From Thermocrinis sp. (GTDB lineage Bacteria > Aquificota > Aquificia > Aquificales > Aquificaceae), in contig JAJHRQ010000009.1 of the NCBI GenBank assembly GCA_020833645.1, forward strand, positions 313 through 32,312: DNA of 32,000 nt. Direction: 5' to 3'. The notes under the pieces were generated by a model. It did not search any database. It had not been told where the DNA came from and saw only the letters and a list, made by a program, of their open reading frames with translations. Shown in pieces: positions 1 through 9,086 of this stretch; position 1 is the stretch's first letter; each line of letters begins with the position of its first letter. The position numbers and the translations under genes were made by a program.

Positions 1-21
1 ATCGGAAAAATCCACCCACTC
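1..21 (-). pseudogene. glgB: Distal continuation of the interrupted glgB frame (EWVDFSD...), running off the left edge
   Basis: The reverse complement of 1-21 reads GAG TGG GTG GAT TTT TCC GAT. It repeats the EWV codons found at 568-576 and continues as expected for GlgB after the GFEW(V/I)D motif. Confidence 0.7.
13..21. repeat. Left copy of the 9-bp target-site duplication CACCCACTC
   Basis: Identical 9-mer at 13-21 and 568-576, lying immediately outside the terminal inverted repeats. Confidence 0.8.
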
Positions 22-567
22 GAGGATGTCAACTTTTTAGGTTCATGATCGTATAAATGACAATAAAGGAGGCTAACCATCTATAGACGGTTTCATACTT
101 AGCATTCCAAGGAAACCTCATTCCTCTTCCCAAAAGTCTCATGTTCCCATTCCATTGGAAGCTTTTTGACTGCACTCACATACCAAGGTCCCTTGTCAGT
201 GGTGCATCCCTTTGCCTTTGCGTTGTAAAGAACCAACTTAGCTGTCCAAGAGTCCCTCCTTCCTGAAAGATGCACAAACACAGGCAAACCTTATAGACCC
301 AAATAGCAATCGTATATATTGCCTGAAGAGCTTTCCCTAATAACCCTTGTGAAGTAGGGACTCCCTTACTGCTCTTAGAGAAAGTCCCTTAAAGTAGAGG
401 AGCACAGCTTCTGCTTTTAGGCTTACGGGAAACCTATGTCGCTTAAAAGCTTTGCTTAGTATTTCTTCTATTACTTGTCTTGCCTTCATATTTCTAAGCT
501 TATCAGAACTGCTTCAGGTCCTAACCATCAACCACCCCAGTCTATGGATGCCAAAAGTTGACATCTT
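22..567 (-). mobile_element. Internally deleted, non-autonomous IS remnant (IS6-like transposase fragments) inserted in glgB
   Basis: Terminal inverted repeats GATGTCAACTTTT (25-37) and AAAAGTTGACATC (553-565). On the minus strand, a 50-aa N-terminal HTH-like fragment (340-489, MKARQVIEEILSKAFKRHRFPVSLKAEAVLLYFKGLSLRAVRE) ends in a stop. A frame-shifted C-terminal fragment (99-287) contains DKGPWYVSAVKKLPMEWEHETFGKRNEV, which resembles the C-terminal catalytic region of archaeal-type IS6-like transposases. The family assignment is from memory only. Confidence 0.7.
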
Positions 568-576
568 CACCCACTC
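568..576. repeat. Right copy of the 9-bp target-site duplication CACCCACTC
   Basis: Same 9-mer as 13-21. On the minus strand both copies encode EWV in the glgB frame. Confidence 0.8.
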
Positions 577-2151
577 AAAGCCTGCCGGATCGCAGTCTAA
601 CTTGTGAAGGGCTCTTTCTTTTCGGTAAAGCTCGTTTAAATCCTTCACGAGCCTCTGCACTCTTCTGTGAGGAAAGTATTCTAAAAGGTGCCAATCTAAG
701 CTTTGATTGTGGTCCCACTCCCTCCACTGTCCGAATTCTCCACCCATAAAGAGCAGTTTCTTTCCCAGAAAGGCATACATGTAAGAGAACAAAAGCCTAA
801 GGTTGGCAAACTTTTGCCAGTCATCCTTGGGCATCTTTCCTAGAAGGGAACCCTTGCCATGGACTACCTCATCATGGGAAAGAGGCAGGACAAAGTTCTC
901 AGAAAAGGCATACCAAACGCTAAAGGTTAGCTTGTCGTGATGGTATTTTCTGTATATGGGGTCCTTGGAAAAGTAAAAGAGGGTGTCGTTCATCCAACCC
1001 ATGTTCCACTTGTAGCCAAAGCCAAGCCCTCCCATGTATGTGGGTCTGCTAACCATGGGCCACGCGGTGGATTCCTCCGCGAAGGTGTGAATGTCCGGAA
1101 AGTCCCTGTATAAAGTTTCGTTTAGCTTTATCAAAAACTCTATGGCTTCCAAGTTTTCCTTTCCACCGTAAATATTGGGGACCCACTCGGTGCGGGAATA
1201 GTCCAAATACAGCATGGAAGCCACCGCATCCACCCTTAGCCCATCTGCATGATATACATCTATCCAAAAGTGGGCACTGCTAAGCAGAAAGGACCTAACC
1301 TCTCCCTTTGAGTAATCAAAGACAAAACTTTTCCAGTCGGGATGCCATCTTTTCCTCCAGTCCTCGTACTCATAAAGGTGGGTACCATCAAAAAAAGCCA
1401 AGCCGTGCTCGTCGGTAGGAAAGTGGGAGGGCACCCAATCAAGGATCACTCCAATGCCCCTTTGGTGGAGGCTGTCTATAAGATACATCAGGTCCTGAGG
1501 TGTTCCGTACCGAGAGGTGGGTGCAAAGTAGTTGGTAATCTGATAACCCCAGGAGCCATAAAAGGGATGTTCCATAATGGGCAAAAATTCCACGTGGCTA
1601 AAGCCCATCTCCTTCACATGCTCACCTAACCAATGGGCAAATTCCCGATAGTGCAAAGACCGATTTTGATCCTCGGGCACCCTCCTCCAAGAGCCCAAAT
1701 GCACTTCGTAAATGCTAACCGGTGCGTGATAGTCAATGTACCTTCCCCTCTCCCTCATCCATTTATCATCCTGCCAGTTATAGCTAAGGTCCCACACGAT
1801 GGACGCATTGCCGGGGGGTTGCTCGCAGAAGAAGGCAAAGGGGTCTGACTTTTCCCTGCCCACTCCGTCGGCACCCACCACAAAGTATTTGTATTTACAG
1901 CCCTTCCAAACACCGGGCACAAAGAGCTCCCATATGCCGGATGGGTCTGGACGCTTTTTCATTGGGTGGGAAAACTTGTCCCAACCGTTGAAGTCTCCAA
2001 AGACATAAACCTCCCTTGCAAAGGGAGCCCAGACTGCAAAATGGCACCCACCCTCTATCAGATGGGCTCCGAGCTTTCTGTAAAGCCTTGTGTGGGTGCC
2101 CTCTTTAAAGAGGTATACGTCGTAGTCAGTTATGGGAGAGTAAAGAGCCAT
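568..2151 (-). pseudogene. glgB: 1,4-alpha-glucan branching enzyme, N-terminal 528 codons, interrupted by an IS insertion
   Basis: GH13 branching-enzyme signatures are present ([39 protein letters not shown]). The tracked ORF 514-2151 reads 18 unrelated codons into the IS before stopping. Confidence 0.85.
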
Positions 2152-3815
2152 TAATCAGAGAGCACCGCCCCCTTTGACGCACTTTGGACGAGCTTTGCGT
2201 ACCTTCTGAGCCACCGGCTCTTTATCTCTTTCTGTTTGGGCACAAAGTTTTTGAGCCTCTCTTGGAGTTCCTCCTCAGAGATCAAGAGCTCTATCCTTCT
2301 GCCCGGTATGTCTATGAGAATTTCGTCGCCATCCTTGACTATACCTATGGGACCGCCAGCAGCTGCCTCTGGAGATATGTGTCCCACGCAGGCGCCGCGC
2401 GTACCACCGGAGAACCTTCCGTCGGTGATTAGGGCTACCTTATCTCCCAAGCCCATACCCATTATGGCGGAAGTGGGAGCTAGCATCTCCCTCATACCCG
2501 GACCACCCTTTGGACCTTCATACCTTATAACCACCACATGCCCTGGTTTGACCTTGCCGGACATGATACCCTCTATGGCGGACTCCTCCGAATCAAAGCA
2601 TATGGCTTTTCCTTTAAAGACAAGCATGCTTTCCACCACGCCCGCAGTCTTCACCACCGCACCCTCCGGTGCCAGATTGCCAAAGAGGATCGCAAGCCCG
2701 CCCTCTCTGGAGTATGGGTTCTCTATCCTTCTTATTACCTCTCCGTCTGCGTCCGGTGCAGATTCTGCAATCTCTCTAAGGGTCTTTCCGCTTACCGTCA
2801 TTTGGTCCGGATGGGGCAAATACCCGCCCCTGATCATCTCCTTGAGAAGGGCAGGAATACCACCCACTCTATCTAGATCTTCAATGTGATAGTGGGAAGC
2901 TGGGGATATTTTGCACAAGGTGGGTGTTCTCTTGGATATTTCGTTTATACGGTTCAGGTCGTAGTCTATGCCCGCTTCGTTGGCTATTGCCAGAAGGTGT
3001 AAAACTGTGTTGGTGGAACCGCCCATGGCTATATCCACCGCAAAGGCATTATCAAAGGCTTCTACGGTAAGAATATCCCTTGGCCTTATGTCCTTTTCCA
3101 ATAGCTCCATTATCTTCCTTGCGGCGGTTCTTGCCAGCAGTTCCCTCCTTGGGTCTACCGCAGGAATGGTGCCGTTGCCGGGCAATCCAAGACCCAAAAC
3201 CTCAGTTAAGCAGTTCATAGAGTTGGCAGTAAACATTCCCGAACAGCTACCACAGGTGGGGCACGCAGATTGCTCTATGAGCTTTAACTGTCCTTCGTCA
3301 ATCTTTCCGGCTTTTAGCTGTCCTATACCCTCAAAGACGCTTATTAGGTCTACCTTTTTGCCGTTGACCTCACCCGCCAGCATAGGACCACCGCTTATAA
3401 AAATGGTGGGAATGTTTAGCCTAGCGGCGGCCATGAGCATTCCGGGGACGATCTTGTCGCAGTTGGGTATGCATATTAATGCGTCAAGCTGATGGGCCTC
3501 TACCACCGTTTCTATAGAGTCTGCGATCAGTTCCCTTGAGGGCAAGGAGTAGTGCATGCCATAGTGCCCCATAGCGATGCCATCATCCACCCCGATCACG
3601 TTGAACTCTATGGGCACACCACCAGCCTTTCGCACCTCTTCCTTGATGGGTTCTACAAACTCCCTAAGATGCACATGACCGGGGATTATGTCTATGTATG
3701 AGTTTGCTATGCCAATGAGTGGCTTGTCAAAATCCTCATCGGTAAGCCCACAAGCCCTGAGCAGAGCCCTATGTGGAGCCCTCTCTATGCCCTTTTTAAT
3801 CTTGTCGCTTCTCAT
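2151..3815 (-). CDS. ilvD: Dihydroxy-acid dehydratase
   Basis: 554 aa with IlvD/Edd motifs ([23 protein letters not shown]). Its stop overlaps the glgB start as TAATG. Confidence 0.95.
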   Translation of the reverse strand: MRSDKIKKGIERAPHRALLRACGLTDEDFDKPLIGIANSYIDIIPGHVHLREFVEPIKEEVRKAGGVPIEFNVIGVDDGIAMGHYGMHYSLPSRELIADSIETVVEAHQLDALICIPNCDKIVPGMLMAAARLNIPTIFISGGPMLAGEVNGKKVDLISVFEGIGQLKAGKIDEGQLKLIEQSACPTCGSCSGMFTANSMNCLTEVLGLGLPGNGTIPAVDPRRELLARTAARKIMELLEKDIRPRDILTVEAFDNAFAVDIAMGGSTNTVLHLLAIANEAGIDYDLNRINEISKRTPTLCKISPASHYHIEDLDRVGGIPALLKEMIRGGYLPHPDQMTVSGKTLREIAESAPDADGEVIRRIENPYSREGGLAILFGNLAPEGAVVKTAGVVESMLVFKGKAICFDSEESAIEGIMSGKVKPGHVVVIRYEGPKGGPGMREMLAPTSAIMGMGLGDKVALITDGRFSGGTRGACVGHISPEAAAGGPIGIVKDGDEILIDIPGRRIELLISEEELQERLKNFVPKQKEIKSRWLRRYAKLVQSASKGAVLSD

Positions 3816-4170
3816 GGAGATAAGTATAAATTAACTCTTCAAGTTTGCAACCTTCCTTAACCCGAACCCTCTCTCCCTTTTCCGGCATCTCTAAAAAAAT
3901 TTCCAAGGCATGGCAGGGTTTGTGGCTTAGGGCTTCTTGGTAAAACTCTTGGGCTTGGCTTTCCTGCCCCAAGGCTAAGTTTGTTAGTGCGAGCAAAAGA
4001 TATTTTTCGTAGCAATCTTGGGCGAGCATGAGCCATTTGGTGGCCTCTAAGTATCTAAACTCGGTTATGTACCTAACTCCCACCCAAAAAGGGTCTTTTT
4101 CTCCCAAAAGGTCTCCTTTGCTCAGCTTTTTTCCATCCTTGTGTACAACAATCCGGAACTTTACCCGCAT
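3796..4170 (-). CDS. Hypothetical protein, TPR-like helical repeat
   Basis: 124-aa ORF packed tightly between dnaB and ilvD, with a helical-repeat-like stretch ([25 protein letters not shown]). Confidence 0.5.
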   Translation of the reverse strand: MRVKFRIVVHKDGKKLSKGDLLGEKDPFWVGVRYITEFRYLEATKWLMLAQDCYEKYLLLALTNLALGQESQAQEFYQEALSHKPCHALEIFLEMPEKGERVRVKEGCKLEELIYTYLHEKRQD

Positions 4171-4171
4171 G

Positions 4172-5581
4172 TTAAAAATCTAAATCGTAGTCATCGGGAG
4201 AAAACTCATCTTCTTCTGTTTCTTCCGGCTCGTAGGGTTCCACCCTCTTTGTGCCAGAGTATGTGGGAGAAAGGGACTTAAACATAGTGGTGTCTTTTAT
4301 AAAGGCAAGCTTTACTATGCCAGTGGGACCTTGGCGCTGTTTTGCCACGATTATCTCCGCTATACCCTCCTCCTCTGGAGATGGGTTCTTCTTGTAATAC
4401 TCGGGTCTGTGGATGAAGATAATTAGGTCCGCGTCCTGTTCAATCTGTCCGCTTTCCCGCAGGTCCGCCAGCTGTGGGCGTTTGTCGCTTCTGTGCTCAA
4501 CCTGACGGGAAAGCTGGGCAAGGGCTACCACAGGAACCTCAAGTTCTTTCGCAAGGGCTTTCAGGTTCCTTGATATTTCCGCAACCTCCTCTTGACGGGA
4601 GCTTCTCCGGTGGGGTGGTCTGAGAAGTTGCAAGTAATCCACAAAGATTATCTCTACACCCTTCTCCTTCTTTAGCTTTCTGCTTTTTATTCTTAGCTCG
4701 GTAGTGGAGAGTGTTGGATTGTCGTCTATGTATATATCCCTTGAAGAGAGCTCCAAAGCTGCGTTTAGTAGCTTTCTCCAATCTTCCTCTGATATAAAAC
4801 CCTTCCTTATGTTTTGAAGTGGAACACCCGAAAGCATAGAAAGCATTCTCATTACAAGCTGTTCTTTACTCATCTCCAAGGAAAATATGGCCAACGGCAC
4901 CTTTTCTTCAAAGGCAAGGTTAAGAACCATAGAGAGCATAAAGCTACTTTTGCCCATCCCTGGTCTTGCAGCAACTATCACAAGGTCCGAGGGATGAAAG
5001 CCTGTGGTCAGCATATCAAGGTCTATAAAGCCTGAGGGTAGACCGGTGATCACTTTCTCTTCTTTCTTTCTCTTTTCAATGATCTCCAAAACTTCGTTGG
5101 CCACCTCTTTTATGTGATAGTATCCGCTTATCTGGGTCTTCTCGGATATTTCATAAAGCTTTTGGGTTGTCCTTTCCACCAAGAGATTGAGGTCGGGAGA
5201 TTCTTGGACATTCTTCAGGATCTCAATGGAAAGGTCTATCAGTCTCCTTAAGCCTGCCTTTTCCTTTACGCTGTTTATCGCTTCAAAAAGCAGTGGTCCC
5301 TCTGCCGCCTCTTGGGCTAAGGCATACACCAAATCCATACTAATCTTGTCATGAAGCCCAGACTTTATCAGGTAATTCCTTAGAACAATGTCATCCCAAT
5401 CTTTTCCTTTATCTTCCCACACCTTGTAAAGCAGAGAAAACAGTAGCCTGTGGGTTTCAAAGTAAAAGTCCTCCTCACGAAGATACTCAAGGACGGTGGG
5501 GATGTTGTCGGGGTCTTTGATCATAGCACCCAATACCGCCCTCTCTGCTAGCTCGTCGGTGGGGTATTCGGGTAGCTCCAT
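4172..5581 (-). CDS. dnaB: Replicative DNA helicase DnaB
   Basis: 469 aa with an N-terminal DnaB domain (AERAVLGAMI), Walker A ARPGMGKSSF, Walker B IIFVDYLQLL and an acidic tail. Confidence 0.95.
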   Translation of the reverse strand: MELPEYPTDELAERAVLGAMIKDPDNIPTVLEYLREEDFYFETHRLLFSLLYKVWEDKGKDWDDIVLRNYLIKSGLHDKISMDLVYALAQEAAEGPLLFEAINSVKEKAGLRRLIDLSIEILKNVQESPDLNLLVERTTQKLYEISEKTQISGYYHIKEVANEVLEIIEKRKKEEKVITGLPSGFIDLDMLTTGFHPSDLVIVAARPGMGKSSFMLSMVLNLAFEEKVPLAIFSLEMSKEQLVMRMLSMLSGVPLQNIRKGFISEEDWRKLLNAALELSSRDIYIDDNPTLSTTELRIKSRKLKKEKGVEIIFVDYLQLLRPPHRRSSRQEEVAEISRNLKALAKELEVPVVALAQLSRQVEHRSDKRPQLADLRESGQIEQDADLIIFIHRPEYYKKNPSPEEEGIAEIIVAKQRQGPTGIVKLAFIKDTTMFKSLSPTYSGTKRVEPYEPEETEEDEFSPDDYDLDF

Positions 5582-5605
5582 GGTGGAAGATATAAATATA
5601 ACCCC

Positions 5606-6709
5606 TCAATCAAAAATGGACCCACCCGCCAGCAGATGTCCCAATAGACCAGTCATGTTAAGATACACCCGATCAAATTCCAGTACCCAATAGTCTCCTT
5701 CTTTTTCCAACCGCCTTTGTAGTACTTGCACTTGTGAGGACGCATGCTTTATACTTTCGATAAAAAGTAGGGCATTCTCCCTTGTTTTAAACCTGCACCG
5801 GAAGGTCCTATAAACACGCCCATCCTTTTTAGACATTTCGATTGCCTTAAGAAGCCCTTCCAAAAAGGCTTTACCTACTTTTAAAAAGAGCTCTTGGTCT
5901 ACCTCTATGCCTTCCTCTTCCATAAAGAGGGCTAACCTCAATAGCCTGTTGGTAAAGTAATCAGAGGGCAAACCGAGAAGATTTACGGAAGTTATTTCTA
6001 TGTCCTTTAGGCTTGAATAAAAGGTTACATACTTTACCCTTTTGTCCCTCTCTGAGTCTTCCTTCATTACTACTCCCTCTCTACCCTCCTCGCTCAGCCT
6101 TTTCATCAATCTTTTTAGCTTATCCACATCCTCCACACTAAAGAGTCCATACCTTTCCACCGAAGGAAGCCCATACTTTTCAATAAGCTTCTCTTTTTCC
6201 CTGTATGGAAGAAACTTCTGGGAGTCTTTCTCCATTATGTCAAAGACAAAGAACTGGACATCCTCTTTGATGTAAGGGGGATGCTCATCCACGTAGGGGT
6301 TTTCTGGTCCTGCCACCTCTGCGCATAAAACGAGGTTAGGATGGTCTTCAAAAAACTTGAGGTTTATAAAGTCTTCAACCCTCTCGGTGGTAAAGGGGCA
6401 TACATAACCTCCTCTACTTAAGGCTAAGATCTGGTCCTCGTAAAGAAAGATCCGCGTGTTGTATCCGTCTACCTTTTCTTCTACAAAGAAAGGATGTGTA
6501 AATTGTTCCTTTAGCCCTGTGCTCAGCTGGAAAATCCTGCCTATGTGGGGGTACCCCCAAAGGGTAAAGGACTTAAAAAGGGCTGTGCCCCTTGGCACAT
6601 CCTTAAAGTCATCCACGAACCTTAGGTATTCTATGCCCTTGTAGTTTTCTATCTTTACTTTGTTCCTCTTGAGGGCTTCTCTTACGAGTTCTGGTGGTAG
6701 CTGTGTCAT
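5606..6709 (-). CDS. ATP-dependent RNA ligase, archaeal Pab1020/MthRnl-like (Rnl3-type)
   Basis: 367 aa with nucleotidyltransferase motif I EEKVDGYN (KxDG) and an upstream WGYPHIGR motif typical of this family. Confidence 0.75.
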   Translation of the reverse strand: MTQLPPELVREALKRNKVKIENYKGIEYLRFVDDFKDVPRGTALFKSFTLWGYPHIGRIFQLSTGLKEQFTHPFFVEEKVDGYNTRIFLYEDQILALSRGGYVCPFTTERVEDFINLKFFEDHPNLVLCAEVAGPENPYVDEHPPYIKEDVQFFVFDIMEKDSQKFLPYREKEKLIEKYGLPSVERYGLFSVEDVDKLKRLMKRLSEEGREGVVMKEDSERDKRVKYVTFYSSLKDIEITSVNLLGLPSDYFTNRLLRLALFMEEEGIEVDQELFLKVGKAFLEGLLKAIEMSKKDGRVYRTFRCRFKTRENALLFIESIKHASSQVQVLQRRLEKEGDYWVLEFDRVYLNMTGLLGHLLAGGSIFD

Positions 6710-6738
6710 TCAAAGGTATTATAATTAAAAGTACTGTA

Positions 6739-6811
6739 GGGCTGGTAGCTCAGCTGGCAGAGCAGCGGACTCTTAATCCGCGGGTCGCGGGTTCGAGTCC
6801 CGCCCAGCCCA
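6739..6811 (+). tRNA. tRNA-Lys (anticodon CTT)
   Basis: Acceptor stem GGGCTGG/CCAGCCC, D-arm TAGCTCAGCTGGCAGAGCA, anticodon stem-loop GCGGA-CTCTTAA-TCCGC and T-arm GCGGGTTCGAGTCCCGC. No CCA is encoded. Confidence 0.95.
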
Positions 6812-6820
6812 CTTTTCAAA

Positions 6821-7363
6821 ATGGAAGAGCAAGAACTTTCACATATACTGATCATACTTGCAGGACTTTTGAGGGCAGTAGGCATCGCCTGTATGATAGC
6901 CCTTATCTTCCTGGGTGCCCCGCTCAGATATATCTTTCTCATAGCCCTCCTAACGGTAGGCGGAATATTCACCGCCGTGCTTAGCTTTCTTTTGGGCATT
7001 CTCTCCTTTACCCATGCGGTAATTTACGAGGTAGTTGTAATATTTATCAATCTGTTGGTGTTTTTTTATGCCTACAGGGAAAAAAAGAACCTTCCACCAC
7101 CAAAGCCCTCGGAAACCACAAGGTGCGTGGTGTGCTCTGCGTACATAAAGCCAAACCAGGAGTATTTCGTGCTGAAGTGTGGTGAGAATTATCTCTACTT
7201 TGATACAGAGGAACACCTAAAGCGGTTCTTCCTTGAGAATATAGAGGAATACAAAAAGTTCAGAAATCTTCAGATAAAGGAGCCAGAATGCTATTACATA
7301 CACAGCAGAAAGCTTTGGGTTGACCTAAAGCAAGAAGAAGTAAGCGTAAGTAAGCCCAGCTAA
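6821..7363 (+). CDS. Membrane protein with a C-terminal Cys-containing (YHS/TRASH-like?) soluble domain
   Basis: 180 aa with about three N-terminal TM helices, followed by CVVCSAYIKPNQEYFVLKCGENYLYF. Confidence 0.55.
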   Translation: MEEQELSHILIILAGLLRAVGIACMIALIFLGAPLRYIFLIALLTVGGIFTAVLSFLLGILSFTHAVIYEVVVIFINLLVFFYAYREKKNLPPPKPSETTRCVVCSAYIKPNQEYFVLKCGENYLYFDTEEHLKRFFLENIEEYKKFRNLQIKEPECYYIHSRKLWVDLKQEEVSVSKPS

Positions 7364-8098
7364 TATTCTATAGACGCCAAAGGGTAAAAAGCTGTAGGTG
7401 GATATAAACTTCAAAAAGAGCTTGACAGATAACAGAGCAGTCAAAAAGGATGTGATAAAGCCCAATGCCAGAAGGTGAAACTCTTGGGTTGTAAATTGAG
7501 AGTGGGATTTGTAAAGGTCATAGCTCGTGGCGATCAACATGGTGGGAACTGCCAACAAGAAGGAAAACTCCGCGGACTGCTTTCTGTTTAATCCCATCAG
7601 CATACCACCGATGATAGTGCTGGCACTTCTGGAAACTCCCGGAACCATAGCCAAAGACTGAAATAAGCCTATTACAAAAGCCTTTTTTAGAGGTAGCTCT
7701 CTGATGTTCTGAAGATAGCAAAACCTCTCACAGAACCTGTCCGCAAAGAGTAGAAAAATTCCACCCAGAACCAAGCTAACTACCACCACCAGGTCGTTTC
7801 CGATAAGGTAGCCCTTAATAAACCTGTAAAGGGAAAATCCCAGCAGTCCAGTGGGCAAAAAGGCTACTATTATTCTCTCCCAAGTTTCTAAGTCTCTAAG
7901 CAAAGTCCCGAAATAGAGAAATACCACCGCAAGGATGGCACCAAGTTGGATGGAGATCTCAAAGCTCTTTGTGAATTCCGAATGGTCAAGTCCCAAAAGG
8001 TGGGCAACTAATATAAGATGTCCGGTGGAAGATACAGGCAAAAATTCAGTGAGTCCTTCCACAAAACCAAGGATTACTGCGTGCTTGACTTCCATCAC
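7325..8098 (-). CDS. uppP: Undecaprenyl-diphosphate phosphatase
   Basis: 257-aa polytopic protein with the BacA/UppP signature EGLTEFLPVSSTGHL. Confidence 0.95.
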   Translation of the reverse strand: MMEVKHAVILGFVEGLTEFLPVSSTGHLILVAHLLGLDHSEFTKSFEISIQLGAILAVVFLYFGTLLRDLETWERIIVAFLPTGLLGFSLYRFIKGYLIGNDLVVVVSLVLGGIFLLFADRFCERFCYLQNIRELPLKKAFVIGLFQSLAMVPGVSRSASTIIGGMLMGLNRKQSAEFSFLLAVPTMLIATSYDLYKSHSQFTTQEFHLLALGFITSFLTALLSVKLFLKFISTYSFLPFGVYRILAGLTYAYFFLL

Positions 8099-8838
8099 CC
8101 TTGCTCCAAAAGGACTTTCCTTAGGAGCTCCCGATCTCCTTTAACTTCCTCCAAAATAGCTCGGACGCTTCCTAACACAAAGAAGAGTTGCATCCTCACA
8201 GGGAAGAGGTTGTCCTTTTCTATCCAGAGCTTCCATCTTCCCTTTGGTCGCAGTAGCCCTTTAGTTTCTACATTGGGAGTTACGTCCACAACCCTTGCGT
8301 AGTAGTTGCCCGCGGGCACTTTAATTTCCTCTTCCCCAACCACTTTGTAGGGTATGTGATACTTTCTGTCGTCGTAGAACATTTTTATGACTCCTTCGTC
8401 ATTTTGGATAGAATTTTTGTAGAGCACAAGGCTTGCGGTGTATGGGTCTGGATAGCCATCAAAGGGATAAACCCTCTCCTCCTCCCTTTCCACCTTATCC
8501 GTTAGCTCCACATAGTGGGTTTCCTTTACATAGATCCTAGAGTTCTTAAAAATGTAGTGCTGTCTTCTTTTAAACTCTCCTTCTTCTTGATGGTAGAAAA
8601 ACTCCCTGGGCATCAGGTTCTTTGCAGATATGACCGCATATCCGTAGTTATACACCCTTTTTACGAGCCCTCCCACGTTTATAGTTTTGGCATAGCTGGA
8701 AACTACAAGGTCATCTCCCTGCAATTTGTAGGTTACGCAGGTTTGGGCCACGGGGAAAAATAGATAGTATGCTTTGTAGCACAGTGTTAGCTCTTTGGCA
8801 AGTAGGCTAAGAGGCAAAAGCAAAAGCAGTAAGAACAT
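8095..8838 (-). CDS. Secreted hypothetical protein (DUF3108-like)
   Basis: 247 aa with an N-terminal signal sequence and beta-rich composition. The family name is from recollection. Confidence 0.6.
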   Translation of the reverse strand: MFLLLLLLPLSLLAKELTLCYKAYYLFFPVAQTCVTYKLQGDDLVVSSYAKTINVGGLVKRVYNYGYAVISAKNLMPREFFYHQEEGEFKRRQHYIFKNSRIYVKETHYVELTDKVEREEERVYPFDGYPDPYTASLVLYKNSIQNDEGVIKMFYDDRKYHIPYKVVGEEEIKVPAGNYYARVVDVTPNVETKGLLRPKGRWKLWIEKDNLFPVRMQLFFVLGSVRAILEEVKGDRELLRKVLLEQG

Positions 8839-8904
8839 AGAAGAGCATTATAATATAGGCTATTCTTTTATATGTGATGAAATTTAAAGTCTTAGTGTTT
8901 TTGA

Positions 8905-9011
8905 TAAGCTTATTTGAGGGCTACCCATTACCTCTGATATAGGCGTGGGAACAGGCTAAGCCTGTATCCCTTCTCGCATTTTGGGGGGTGGGTAGCCCTC
9001 AAATAAGCTTA
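8905..9011. repeat. 23-bp perfect inverted repeat forming a long hairpin with a nested stem
   Basis: TAAGCTTATTTGAGGGCTACCCA (8905-8927) pairs perfectly with 8989-9011. The inner stem is ACAGGC/GCCTGT (8951-8965). The two internal loops are about 23 nt each. Confidence 0.9.
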
Positions 9012-9086
9012 AAGCGGTCATCCCTGATGGTGGTAATGGGGCAGGCTTTTGCCTGACCTCTCAAAGAATAGTGGGAGGCCGTATAA
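8905..9086 (+). ncRNA. Candidate IS110-type bridge/guide RNA, or structured 5' leader of the recombinase gene
   Basis: About 180 nt directly upstream of an IS110-family recombinase. It contains a long stem with large internal loops plus a second hairpin CAGGC-TTTT-GCCTG (9042-9055). Confidence 0.3.

Noticed and set aside
558-3492. Numerous plus-strand ORFs (558-749, 1342-1629, 1633-1848, 1799-2008, 2236-2889, 2968-3492 and others) lying inside glgB and ilvD
   Set aside because: They are antisense shadows of well-supported minus-strand genes. They have Ser/Pro/Leu-rich low-information translations and no SD sequences.
6694-6999. ORFs of 96 aa (+) and 97 aa (-) spanning the tRNA-Lys gene
   Set aside because: They overlap a canonical tRNA cloverleaf. 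The real plus-strand CDS starts at 6821, after the tRNA.
8849-8854. TATAAT at 8849-8854 and at 18292-18297 as a prophage target-site duplication, and the shared 9-mer ATGGTGGTA (about 9027-9035 and 18296-18304)
   Set aside because: 6-mer and 9-mer matches between two junction regions of about 100-250 bp are expected by chance too often. IS110-type recombinases also do not need long duplications. I used them only to set provisional boundaries, and the exact ends remain unresolved.
8929-8940. 12-mer ACCTCTGATATA shared between the recombinase leader (8929-8940) and the panC upstream region (25137-25148)
   Set aside because: A single 12-mer coincidence is expected by chance in an all-against-all comparison of a 32-kb window. 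The flanking sequence shows no similarity.
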